Made by a program: the position numbers and the translations under genes. Below, piece after piece: positions 28,913 through 38,209 of a DNA stretch of 64,000 nucleotides (the stretch's first letter is position 1; the number at the start of each line of letters is the position of its first letter). Source of the stretch: a virus; the IMG/VR virus record IMGVR_UViG_3300045988_147821, positions 1 to 64,000 of that record; one strand, 5' to 3'. The notes below the pieces were generated by a model. The model saw only the letters and a program-made list of their open reading frames with translations, had not been told where the DNA came from and ran no database searches.

Positions 28913-29566
28913 TTATTCCGTTCCATACTCCATATCTGCTGCGGCCTGTCCTGCATCCAAGAATATCACGTCACTTAACAGGTCCACATTCGAGAATGAC
29001 GTCACCAATTCCATTGCCGACAAATCAACAGAAACAGTTTTCATGAACACAGGAAACGGTACCAAATCAGTATTCACCATCACTTCATCCTGTGAAAACT
29101 CAATCGTATCATACATTGTTGCCAATGTGTCGTAGGAAGCTAGGAAGGCTGCGTAAAGGGCTTCCCCCATTGTAACAGATTCAAGGTAATTATCTGATAC
29201 ACAAAGTATTTCCATGTTATATCTACGATGATCCCTGTATTCTATGTTCTGTCCGTCAGGAGAAAAGGCAACAATCTTCCCTATTGCGTTTCCCGGACCT
29301 TTTATTTTATGGGGTTCCCTTACAACATAACAGGGTAATCCTGTCTTGTCTTTGGGAAGTTCATATCCTACCTTTACATTTCTCGGACTTTCATCACCTC
29401 TTAGAAACAGTGACTTTGCCTGTTCATAAAAGTTGAATGTACCGTCCGTTGAATCATTGAATATCTTATACAGGAACGTATTTGTCTGATCGTCCTGTTG
29501 CGAATCCTTGCGTATTACACCAAGCAAGGCTTCCACCATTTTCTTTATGTGTACAATAGGAAGCAT
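28913..29566 (-). CDS. hypothetical head-tail joining region protein (217 aa)
   Basis: ATG ORF, 2-nt gap to the upstream gene. Confidence 0.55.
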   Translation of the reverse strand: MLPIVHIKKMVEALLGVIRKDSQQDDQTNTFLYKIFNDSTDGTFNFYEQAKSLFLRGDESPRNVKVGYELPKDKTGLPCYVVREPHKIKGPGNAIGKIVAFSPDGQNIEYRDHRRYNMEILCVSDNYLESVTMGEALYAAFLASYDTLATMYDTIEFSQDEVMVNTDLVPFPVFMKTVSVDLSAMELVTSFSNVDLLSDVIFLDAGQAAADMEYGTE

Positions 29567-29568
29567 AA

Positions 29569-30345
29569 CTATTCACCGTTTAAAATTCTGTCCAAAACAA
29601 CATCCACAACCTTGTCAACCACAGAGGGTACATCCACCATATCAAGTGCCTTATCCATGAATTTTCTTGCAACAATTCCAGAATGAAACCATGATGCGTA
29701 ACTGGAAGCATCACTTACCCTTCTGAATGTCATATATTTACTTCTATTTTCCGTTACAGTAGAAGAAGCCTTCACTCTGACAAGACCTTCATATTTGGGA
29801 GATTTATGAATATATTCGGGCACTTTCAATTGAGGGGTATTTATTTCCTTGCGTGAACCAAGTACGTTATATTTCCCCAATTGATTTCTTGTTAGCGGCC
29901 CGCCTTCTTTCTTTATCCTAGAATAGATGGATGATGGCATTATAGAATCGAATCCCCCCGATTCTGCAACCGCTTGTGAGGTTGCATGTCGGAAAGGGAT
30001 ATCGATGTACCATCCTGAACCAATCTTCTTACTCTTTACTTTCGGAGAATTTCTGAATCCGGGCTTCATGTCAAACGGAGATGCTCCATCCTCTATCATT
30101 AGAGGAAAATCGGCATACAGTCCAAAAACTATTTCATTGGGGGCAACCCTGTCCTGGACCATGGCCTTCTTGTATTCGGGCCGTGTTCCATGAAGTCCTT
30201 GATTCACTAGAGAAGTCCATCTTTCCCAATACAGACTACTTACAGTATCTATGATAGATGATTCTATTCTCGAAATTTCCGTATCGGAAAGCGAGAACTC
30301 ACTTACAAGGTCTGTAAAGTCAATGTCTATCGGGATGTTTGTCAT
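29569..30345 (-). CDS. neck/head-tail connector candidate (258 aa)
   Basis: C-terminal SWFHSGIVARKFMDKA weakly resembles the HK97 gp10-type W-x-H-P-G..A..F motif (from memory). Position is compatible. Confidence 0.4.
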   Translation of the reverse strand: MTNIPIDIDFTDLVSEFSLSDTEISRIESSIIDTVSSLYWERWTSLVNQGLHGTRPEYKKAMVQDRVAPNEIVFGLYADFPLMIEDGASPFDMKPGFRNSPKVKSKKIGSGWYIDIPFRHATSQAVAESGGFDSIMPSSIYSRIKKEGGPLTRNQLGKYNVLGSRKEINTPQLKVPEYIHKSPKYEGLVRVKASSTVTENRSKYMTFRRVSDASSYASWFHSGIVARKFMDKALDMVDVPSVVDKVVDVVLDRILNGE

Positions 30346-30349
30346 TTCT

Positions 30350-31141
30350 CTATCCTCCGTATTTCATATTCTCATTTGTCTGTACTCCTGTACCGTCAAA
30401 ATTAGGCTTTTCTATGGCTATCAGGTGGGAGCGTCTGCCTATTGCCTGAATAGGAAGATATATCTTGTCTTTCCCTCCCTGTGCCGTTTCCCAATCAGAC
30501 CGTATCTCATGCGGGATGTCTATTACATGAAACTCCGGCTCGTGCTTGTAATAGATACTCAATGTTTCTCCTGCCTGTATGTCCACGTTATCACCAAGCA
30601 ATACGCAATACCCGTTCTTGTCACTGACTATGAAATTGTCAGAAGAAACCATTTTAAGCGGTTCTACGGAACTTACGTACTGATATATACCCAATATATC
30701 GACAGGATGATAAGTCGTGAATACGAACCTCTGTGAGCCTATTTCACGCACTGTAAGAACCTCACTGTAATAAGACCATTCATTGTGTATAGTAATGCGG
30801 TCATACCATGACAGGTTGTTTTTGTCAGAAGCTATCACGGTAATGGCTATCGTGCCCAAAAGTTCCTCTGACCATCTCATGTATCGGTTGGTAACGTTTA
30901 TTCCCGTAATAAGCGCACGGGTGGAAATGGCGTTCACGTAGAAATAGCCTGTTCCGAAACAGTTCTGACAATCAATGAGTGCATCCCCTCCCTTGCAGCA
31001 CGGACAGCGTACCGCACGTTCGAGAGATACCTCATAACCGTTATCCCATACCGCCTGATCGAAAGCTGGTTTGATAAATTCAGGATTCGCCCATCCGGTA
31101 TTGGGATTCGGTTTTTGTAATATGGATTTTGAATTATTCAT
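30350..31141 (-). CDS. virion-module protein with zinc-ribbon motif (263 aa)
   Basis: VRCPCCKGGDALIDCQNCFGTGYF gives CxxC...CxxCxGxG (DnaJ-type zinc-finger-like). Confidence 0.5.
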   Translation of the reverse strand: MNNSKSILQKPNPNTGWANPEFIKPAFDQAVWDNGYEVSLERAVRCPCCKGGDALIDCQNCFGTGYFYVNAISTRALITGINVTNRYMRWSEELLGTIAITVIASDKNNLSWYDRITIHNEWSYYSEVLTVREIGSQRFVFTTYHPVDILGIYQYVSSVEPLKMVSSDNFIVSDKNGYCVLLGDNVDIQAGETLSIYYKHEPEFHVIDIPHEIRSDWETAQGGKDKIYLPIQAIGRRSHLIAIEKPNFDGTGVQTNENMKYGG

Positions 31142-31143
31142 CT

Positions 31144-31944
31144 TTAAATAGGCATGAATTTAATGGAATCATATACCATTTTCAATCTCTTCAATGATGA
31201 TGTGATTTCATCACCATATTGTTTTATTCGTGCCGAATATGCACTGTAAGTAGCTGACGCTGTGGATTGTATGGATTGTGAAAGTCCGTCCACACTCAAA
31301 CTCATTCCTGCAAGTCCGGCAATAGGGAATACGTTGTCACCTGCGATTGCAAGGAATTGTATTGCCGCCAGCTTACCTATAATCTGCATAAGGTCATAAG
31401 GTAAATGTTTGAGATCGAATCCCGTAATGTACTGTACATCCCAATAATCGGGTATCATGTCAAAACGCTGCATACCTATCTGTGATGTTATTCCCGTTAA
31501 TATCACATCTGCATTTGCCTGTGTGGTGGATGCTCCCGTAGGAACGACACTCAACCGTCTTGCCCCTGGACCGTCACTTTTCTTTGCATACGAAAGCCAT
31601 GTTTTCGGGTAGATTATCTGCTCAATCTTGTTGAGTAATCCTATTAGGGATAATCCTACCGTATTGGGGTAGCTTAACGGAATTATCGGAAATGACTGCC
31701 AATAATCAAGCGCATAAAACACCTCCGATTCTGTTATCAATTGCTTGGCTATTTTCAGATTGAAATAATTCTCCATTTCCGTCTGTGCTGCCCGTATAAA
31801 AGCAAAGACAGCTTCATCTGATAATGTACTACCATCAGCTTTCTTCATGCTTACTCCATATAGGAACAAGTCGTATAGTTCAGAAACCGAATACACAATT
31901 CCCGTATTCTTTCCGTAATTAATAGACAGCACAAGTTTTCCCAT
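31144..31944 (-). CDS. hypothetical head-module protein (266 aa)
   Basis: ATG ORF, 1-nt gap to the upstream gene. Confidence 0.55.
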   Translation of the reverse strand: MGKLVLSINYGKNTGIVYSVSELYDLFLYGVSMKKADGSTLSDEAVFAFIRAAQTEMENYFNLKIAKQLITESEVFYALDYWQSFPIIPLSYPNTVGLSLIGLLNKIEQIIYPKTWLSYAKKSDGPGARRLSVVPTGASTTQANADVILTGITSQIGMQRFDMIPDYWDVQYITGFDLKHLPYDLMQIIGKLAAIQFLAIAGDNVFPIAGLAGMSLSVDGLSQSIQSTASATYSAYSARIKQYGDEITSSLKRLKMVYDSIKFMPI

Positions 31945-31945
31945 T

Positions 31946-32533
31946 TTATTTCGTTGTTTTTGTTACAAGCAAGTCAATGATTTCATCCTTCTTCTTACCC
32001 TCAATATCGGACGGTCCGATACCTTCCGTTTCAAGAGCGACAGTTTTCAATTCATCAACTTTCATTGCCTTCAATTCCTTTCTTAATTCATCTTCCACAC
32101 TGATTTCACCTCCTGTTGGAGTAGAGTTTTCATCCGCCTTTCCGTTGTCTGATTTTTCATCCTTGATTTCAGGCATTTTTGCTCCTTTTTGAAGTTCAGC
32201 ACACAAATTTCTCCAATCCAGGGCTTCTTTTTTTGCCTTGCCGATTTCAATGCTCTGTGCTTCGATAATGTTTTTCAAACGGCTTACTTCCGCTTCCATC
32301 TCCTGTTTGTATCTCTTGATATCGTCAGTCAGTTCGATTTCAAGTTTGGTATTGGCAGCAGGCATCTTCCCTTCAAGGAACACGCCTGGGTATTTCGATG
32401 CTTGCATTGCTTCCCACGTTTCCTTTGACACTTCCGCCTTGCGACCTGTAAACTTCACAAGTTCATTACCAAACATGAATTTCTGATTAGAGTAAACCTT
32501 TGATTCAATTCTTACTTTTTCTTCCATAATCAT
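31946..32533 (-). CDS. head-associated protein with C-terminal Rho-N/SAP-like HeH motif (195 aa)
   Basis: LKAMKVDELKTVALETEGIGPSDIEGKKKDEIIDLLV. Its ATG lies directly after the T-tract of the MCP terminator. Confidence 0.5.
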   Translation of the reverse strand: MIMEEKVRIESKVYSNQKFMFGNELVKFTGRKAEVSKETWEAMQASKYPGVFLEGKMPAANTKLEIELTDDIKRYKQEMEAEVSRLKNIIEAQSIEIGKAKKEALDWRNLCAELQKGAKMPEIKDEKSDNGKADENSTPTGGEISVEDELRKELKAMKVDELKTVALETEGIGPSDIEGKKKDEIIDLLVTKTTK

Positions 32534-32545
32534 TTATTTAAATTA

Positions 32546-32580
32546 AAAAGGGAGGGAGGTTACAAACTCCTTCCCTTTTA
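32546..32580 (-). terminator. rho-independent terminator after the major capsid gene
   Basis: Minus strand reads AAAAGGGAAGGAG tttgtaa CCTCCCTCCCTTTTTAATTT, a GC-rich ~12-bp stem plus T-tract, 29 nt after MCP stop 32609. Confidence 0.75.
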
Positions 32581-32608
32581 TTGAATTAAAAACCTATAAT
32601 CGTTGAAC

Positions 32609-34123
32609 TTATGCCAAACCTTCTTTACCGATATTAACGATACGAACAACTTTGGCAGGTTGGTATAATACAGGAGTACCGTAGTTCAAGATAGCAAATC
32701 TACGAGATGGAGATGTGATAGCGAAATCCATCTTCATAGTATCTGCGAACTGCAAGTATTCGTTGATTTCAGAGTTGTTGTAGCAAATCAATGCTGACTT
32801 GGTTCCGGCAATGATACGGTTACGGTCACGAACCTTGGTTGCGGCAGCACCGTCATATCCGGCAGCCAATTGAGATACTGAAACCTCAAAAATCGGGAAG
32901 TATTTGGTGTTGGCATCAATAACAGCGTTCTTTTCGGTACGATATACAACGAAACAAGTAGCTGCGTATGCACCGCCTACTCCGGCTGCGAACTGCAAAT
33001 CAACTGATTGCTGTGCTGTAACTGCGATAGCTGCATCAGACATAGCAACAGGAGCAGATTCACCGTAACGGTTCTTAGCTGTAACGATGTAACGGTAGTT
33101 ACCTGCATGGTTGGTGAAACGAGTTTTCGTATCACTGTTCTGTGCAGCAGCGTCAGCAGTCTTAGTAGGAGCAACAGGGGCTTTTGCAGAAGTAGCACGA
33201 TCGCCCAAACGTTTCGGCTTACGTTCATCGAAGAAACGGTCATTTTTAATATTCACACGACCGAACTGTGTAACAATGTCGTTTACGCTCTGACCCATTG
33301 TAGCACCCACAACAGAGTTAGGATAACCAACAAGAACACGTTTTGATTCGTGGAACTGTTTAACATAGTCGTTGAACACGATCGGATTAGAGATGATACG
33401 ATCAAATTCACCGTTATATACGTTAACGATTACATTGGCTGCATCCTCAACCAATTTGTCATTCAATACCGAACCGTCAGCATCAACAACAGCAGGGTCA
33501 TTGAAATAAGCATCCAAAACGTTTTCAGAAGTCATACCTTCAATTGTACCACCTTCTTTTGTTACAACACCGATCATGTGTTGGCGGAAGATGCCGTCAA
33601 ACTGTTCGGGAACACAAGAAGAATCGGCATCAACCAATCTGCGGTCAAGCATTGTTTGCAACAACAAAGTCTTGTTTTCAACTTCACGAGCGTACATCTT
33701 TACGCCACCAGCCAATTTAACAAGCATTGCAGGATGAGTAACCTGACCTGTAACACCCATGAACTTAGCAACGATTGAACGTCTGATGTATTGAGAATCG
33801 GTTTCTTCGGGGGTTTCACCTTCTGCATTGAAGATACCTACTTCCTCACCATATTTTGACAATTGGTTGTATTCGTGAACGGTGTTGTCGATTTTGTCTT
33901 TCGGCATTTCGTTCAGATAAACCAACTGATCCAAACGGTTAGTCAACACTTTCAGGACTGCATCCAAAGATTCAACTTTCAGACCACCACCTGTGTTAAC
34001 TTCGTTGTTGTACTGCATACCTGTTTTCAATCCGGCTTCCATAGCCTTCAAGATTTCGGCAGAGTTTTCGTTTCCTACTTGGAAACCGTCAAATGAACCA
34101 CTATAATTGTATAAATCTTCCAT
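32609..34123 (-). CDS. major capsid protein (504 aa)
   Basis: Follows the protease and an acidic scaffold-like gene, and is followed by the strongest terminator in the module. Size is typical of HK97-fold MCPs. The track start 34129 is a TTG; the first ATG is at 34123. Confidence 0.7.
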   Translation of the reverse strand: MEDLYNYSGSFDGFQVGNENSAEILKAMEAGLKTGMQYNNEVNTGGGLKVESLDAVLKVLTNRLDQLVYLNEMPKDKIDNTVHEYNQLSKYGEEVGIFNAEGETPEETDSQYIRRSIVAKFMGVTGQVTHPAMLVKLAGGVKMYAREVENKTLLLQTMLDRRLVDADSSCVPEQFDGIFRQHMIGVVTKEGGTIEGMTSENVLDAYFNDPAVVDADGSVLNDKLVEDAANVIVNVYNGEFDRIISNPIVFNDYVKQFHESKRVLVGYPNSVVGATMGQSVNDIVTQFGRVNIKNDRFFDERKPKRLGDRATSAKAPVAPTKTADAAAQNSDTKTRFTNHAGNYRYIVTAKNRYGESAPVAMSDAAIAVTAQQSVDLQFAAGVGGAYAATCFVVYRTEKNAVIDANTKYFPIFEVSVSQLAAGYDGAAATKVRDRNRIIAGTKSALICYNNSEINEYLQFADTMKMDFAITSPSRRFAILNYGTPVLYQPAKVVRIVNIGKEGLA

Positions 34124-34167
34124 ATTCAATGTATTTGTATTTTGTATCTAACTGTTAGCTTGCGCCA

Positions 34168-34839
34168 TTATTTGCACAAAACAAAACCTTTTGATTTAGC
34201 GTAGTTGTACAAGTTCTTTCCTACTGTGTTTGCATAGGAATCAAGCATGTATGTTTTGTAATCATCTTCGATTGACTTCTGAATGTTTTCATCAGCCTTT
34301 TCGTAAAGATTTTGCAACAGACTCTTGCAGAACTCACGCTGTCCTGTAACACTTACTTCCAACTTACCGTTTTTTTCATTCATTTCAGTGTCAATGGATT
34401 TTTCGATAGCAGACAAACCCATATCACCCTTAAACCCCGGAGCGGTGTTTTTTGCCATTGCATCAAATCTTTCATTGATTGACTTGTTCAGTTCAGCAAA
34501 ACCTTCTTTCATGCCTGCAACGATAGAAGCAGAAAGGCTTTCTCTGAAAGATTTGAGAACATCAGCGTCAAGTCCTTTTTCAACCTTGCCTTCTGAATCC
34601 TTATCTTCCTTGTAGTCCTTTTCATCTTCCTTCACTTTCTTTTCAGCATCAACAGCAGCCTTTTCCTCCTTGTCGATCTTTTCTTCCTGCTTAGTTTCCG
34701 ATTCGTTATCCCCGGCTTTTGCAGATTTTTCGATACGGATATTTCCGGCTTCGATTTGTTCAGCGATATATTCATCACTGAAAACAGCTTGAAGTGACTT
34801 GAACACTTCGTTGTCTTTGTATTCTTCTAAGTTTATCAT
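34168..34839 (-). CDS. scaffolding protein candidate (223 aa)
   Basis: Highly charged helical region (EEKIDKEEKAAVDAEKKVKEDEKDYKEDKD). Lies between the protease and the MCP. Confidence 0.6.
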   Translation of the reverse strand: MINLEEYKDNEVFKSLQAVFSDEYIAEQIEAGNIRIEKSAKAGDNESETKQEEKIDKEEKAAVDAEKKVKEDEKDYKEDKDSEGKVEKGLDADVLKSFRESLSASIVAGMKEGFAELNKSINERFDAMAKNTAPGFKGDMGLSAIEKSIDTEMNEKNGKLEVSVTGQREFCKSLLQNLYEKADENIQKSIEDDYKTYMLDSYANTVGKNLYNYAKSKGFVLCK

Positions 34840-34870
34840 ACTTCGATTATGTTTATATATACAAACTAAA

Positions 34871-35650
34871 TTATTCTGTTTTTCCGCTTACCATCTTCAT
34901 GTAATCCATAAGAACGGATTTATTTACATCCCCATTTTTGACCGCACAAACAAGTCTGTCAAAATCATCCTTGGAGAACTCCTTCTTATTGACAATGGAC
35001 AATTCAAGGCTCTTGTTTACAATAATAACATTTTTACCGCAATCCACTTTCAATAAAGGCAGATTATCCTCATAAACAAAGTCACCATTAGGAATATAAA
35101 AATCCTGTTTCTGCATACCCTTAACAATATCGGCATACGTATTACCGTTTACTGGATTCATTGTAAGGGCCACATTGGTAATCAGTGTTTTTGTTATGTG
35201 TTTAGGATTATCCTTATCTCTTTCCAACGCCTTTCCTTCAATGGAGAATCCTGGGGTACGCTTTGGTTCAGACTGTTCCATTTCAAGTGCTGTATCGTAG
35301 AATGCTCTTGCTTCGGAAGATTTGCTCCACAACTTACATTTCAAATAGAACTTATTTTTCTCAACCTTTGCTTCCAACGGAACTCCTATAAAGAAGCGAC
35401 TTTTGTTTATTGGGGAACGTGTAGGAAGATGATCTAAATTAATCAATCCACGCTTCTTGAACACGTCAAGAACAAAGCCGTTCGGCTCCATAGAATCACC
35501 TTCAAAGTCCTCTGAATTGTCAGAAGCAAGACCTTCAAATATCATATTCTGATATCTGCGATCATCACCTCTTTCATAATCCAACGGATTGAATTTTGAT
35601 TTATGAATGATGGCTTCCAGTGTGAAATTTAATCTGTTATCGTCAAACAC
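34871..35650 (-). CDS. prohead maturation protease (259 aa; alternative ATG start at 35545)
   Basis: GLASDNSEDFEGDSMEPNGF...LINLDH......IG......GFSIEGK resembles HK97-type/S78-like protease blocks. The listed start 35650 is a GTG right after an in-frame stop. Confidence 0.6.
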   Translation of the reverse strand: MFDDNRLNFTLEAIIHKSKFNPLDYERGDDRRYQNMIFEGLASDNSEDFEGDSMEPNGFVLDVFKKRGLINLDHLPTRSPINKSRFFIGVPLEAKVEKNKFYLKCKLWSKSSEARAFYDTALEMEQSEPKRTPGFSIEGKALERDKDNPKHITKTLITNVALTMNPVNGNTYADIVKGMQKQDFYIPNGDFVYEDNLPLLKVDCGKNVIIVNKSLELSIVNKKEFSKDDFDRLVCAVKNGDVNKSVLMDYMKMVSGKTE

Positions 35651-35724
35651 GTCTTATTATATTTAATCTTAACTTACTAACACAAAGATGAATATTTTTC
35701 TTTGGTTAAACAAAAACTTCAATC

Positions 35725-35761
35725 AAAAAGTGTCATGGAGCACATTTACGCGCCATGGCAC
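35725..35761 (-). terminator. rho-independent terminator after the Nudix gene
   Basis: Minus strand reads GTGCCATGG cgcgtaaatgtgct CCATGACAC TTTTTGATT, starting 9 nt after stop 35770. Confidence 0.65.
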
Positions 35762-35769
35762 CCGTTGTT

Positions 35770-37809
35770 TTAATGTAATTGTAATCGGTATATAGACTGT
35801 TTTGTCTTGACAAGAAAATCATCAATCAATGACAGTTCACCAAAGTAATCTTCATCCCCGTCCAACGATTTACGGAATTTGGTTGTTCTCTCAAACAACA
35901 GTTTGATGAACTTCAACGGATCAGATTCTTCGATTTCTTCCGATTCAACCGTATTGGCATCAAATCGCCCGAACAATGCCTGTCCTGATTCGGCAAGAGT
36001 ATCCTTAAAGTCATTCATCAAGTCACCCACTTCATCAAGATACACATGTTTAGAATTATCTTCTTCTGTCCAATGAAGATTGTCCTTACGGGTAATCATA
36101 CCCTGTAAGAAATTGATATAGGAGAGAAAATCGGCTTTCTTTGTCTTTTCAGATTTCTCTATATCATCATTTTCCTTTTTGACATCGTTTTCAACGGACT
36201 TATTTATTTCTTCGTTCCTTCTCAAACCATTTACATAAATACAGTTATGGTTAAACTTCCATTCCTGTTCACCGTTATCAGGAGTGATTACCTTGACTGA
36301 AAAATCAGCGCATCTCCCGGACACTTTCTGTATCATGCCCAACATGTCAAAGAACTTTTCCGCACTTTCGGAATTTACCCCCGAATAACTAAAAGAACCT
36401 TGTCCATATACATCTTCTATCGGCTTTTCATCAACCTCCACATATTTCTCCGAATACTGTCTTTTCTTGAATGAAATAGCCTTCTCCACCTTATCGTCAC
36501 CGTTTTCAACACCTGAACCCTGTGGACCAACAACTTCTTCTTTAAGACTTTCAGGAGCGATTTCCCCAGCATCGGCAGTAGTCATGGCTTTTTCTTCAAC
36601 ACCTGTTTCGTTTTCCGACTTCTCAACCTTTCCTTCTTTCTTCTCTCCCCATGATTCAGGTAACTTGTCTGTAAGACCAAGTTCCTTTGCACGTTTTCTT
36701 ATCCATGCCTTTACTTCTGATTTGGGCATGTCGGATGCTCCTACAAGACGTATGGCATCATGTAAATCCTGTTCGTTTCTGATAGGATATTTACCGTTCG
36801 GCATCGCTTCACCTTTCTTTGCAAGATCCTTTCTTTCTGAATGAGAAAAATAAGTTTTGTTCTGCGCTTTCAAAACTTCATCAGGATGCTCCTTACAATA
36901 GGTGTCAAATACTGATTTGCTGATATATCCTTCCGAATATGCTTTCAGTATCCTTGTTATACCGCATGAATCGTCAAGACCCATAATTCTTTTCAGATTC
37001 TCTTTCATATCGAAAATAAAGTTGTAATTATCAATTTTATCCAGTTTTATCCATGCAGAACCAACTTCCTCTTCGCTGTCAAGTAGGATGCTTGCACCTT
37101 CCTTTTCATCAAGAGTGACCATATAATAGTGAATGTCCGCATCGTTGTTTTTATAGGTGGCTACCTCACGTAAACGGTCTGCGGCCACCTCTATTCCCGT
37201 TTCCTCCCACAATTCTCTACGTGCAGCTACTTTAAATTCTTCTCCTTCATCTACATGACCTCCGGGAATACACCAATCATCCGTTGCCTCTCCCATATCG
37301 GTACAACGGTTAAGGATAAGTATTTTTATCCCATCGGGAGTGAACTTCTGAACAATAACATCCGCATATTTCACGGCACCCTTGCTTTTTAGAAAATCAA
37401 AGTACACAGATTTTGTTATCTGTTTCTTTTGATATAGGTATCTCATTTTTTCCGCCTTGTCAATCTCCTTGATTGCAATAGAAAGATCCTTGTCGGATGA
37501 AATGGATTTCATCACGCTCTCATTCTTTATAACAAGGCCACGTAAATCGGATACTTTTATCCCCTGTTCCTTGATAAAATCATCATATCGGTTCATTGCA
37601 TCCTTCATATCTTCATCCATTTCACCTTTCTCCATGAACATGGACTTCAATGCGGACATTTCAGAGAAAGACTTGGCAAGTTCATTTCCCTTGTCTTTGT
37701 ATTCATAAGACTTACGGACAGCACTTCTATATTTTCTAAGTTTATCCGAAGCAGTTTCTAACCCAAGTAAACTTCTTATATTCATAATCAAATTTTTAAA
37801 TAATCTCAT
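35770..37809 (-). CDS. 679-aa head-module protein with internal Nudix hydrolase domain
   Basis: Perfect Nudix box G-x5-E-x7-REUxEExGU at aa 184-206 (GHVDEGEEFKVAARRELWEETGI). Alternative start at ATG 37785. Also carries GEAMPNGKYPIRNEQDLHDAIRLVG....VKAWIRKRAKELGL, a motif I recall from phage head/scaffold-associated proteins. Confidence 0.8.
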   Translation of the reverse strand: MRLFKNLIMNIRSLLGLETASDKLRKYRSAVRKSYEYKDKGNELAKSFSEMSALKSMFMEKGEMDEDMKDAMNRYDDFIKEQGIKVSDLRGLVIKNESVMKSISSDKDLSIAIKEIDKAEKMRYLYQKKQITKSVYFDFLKSKGAVKYADVIVQKFTPDGIKILILNRCTDMGEATDDWCIPGGHVDEGEEFKVAARRELWEETGIEVAADRLREVATYKNNDADIHYYMVTLDEKEGASILLDSEEEVGSAWIKLDKIDNYNFIFDMKENLKRIMGLDDSCGITRILKAYSEGYISKSVFDTYCKEHPDEVLKAQNKTYFSHSERKDLAKKGEAMPNGKYPIRNEQDLHDAIRLVGASDMPKSEVKAWIRKRAKELGLTDKLPESWGEKKEGKVEKSENETGVEEKAMTTADAGEIAPESLKEEVVGPQGSGVENGDDKVEKAISFKKRQYSEKYVEVDEKPIEDVYGQGSFSYSGVNSESAEKFFDMLGMIQKVSGRCADFSVKVITPDNGEQEWKFNHNCIYVNGLRRNEEINKSVENDVKKENDDIEKSEKTKKADFLSYINFLQGMITRKDNLHWTEEDNSKHVYLDEVGDLMNDFKDTLAESGQALFGRFDANTVESEEIEESDPLKFIKLLFERTTKFRKSLDGDEDYFGELSLIDDFLVKTKQSIYRLQLH
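37192..37260 (-). other. Nudix box (aa 184-206)
   Basis: Direct match to GX5EX7REUXEEXGU. Confidence 0.85.
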
Positions 37810-38209
37810 CGCATACTAAAATACCGTCAGCAAAATAACTATGCGCCCGATTTACTTCAAGAGAATAGCATATCTTATTGATAGTTTCCATCTTTTCAAT
37901 ATCCACTATCTTCTTTATCCCTTTCAAAGTTAATAAACTATCTCCCTTTTTCAAATCCTTGACATATCTCCATCCATCTTCCGACATAACAAGCTGCACT
38001 CCTTGAAAACGATAACCTACAATATCATCATCACATCTTATATTATAGGAAACATCATATTTGGTTGCCAATTCCTGAACAAGTTTCTTGGCTATATGAT
38101 AGCTTTCCTTATAGGACATGACAGACATACCAACAACAATATCTTTGATGTATTTGTCACCCTCTATTGTCCTTATCGCTGTAAAACCCGAATTGAATCC
38201 CATAATCAT
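37796..38209 (-). CDS. free-standing degenerate Hint-fold (PT-HINT/mini-intein-like) protein (137 aa)
   Basis: GFNSGFTAIRTIEGDKYIKDIVVGMSV (block A-like, no Cys1) ... EDGWRYVKDLKKGDSLL ... ICYSLEVNRAHSYFADGILVCDEII* (block F/G-like, CD in place of HN). ATGA overlap upstream and a 14-nt overlap with the Nudix ORF. Confidence 0.6.
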   Translation of the reverse strand: MIMGFNSGFTAIRTIEGDKYIKDIVVGMSVMSYKESYHIAKKLVQELATKYDVSYNIRCDDDIVGYRFQGVQLVMSEDGWRYVKDLKKGDSLLTLKGIKKIVDIEKMETINKICYSLEVNRAHSYFADGILVCDEII

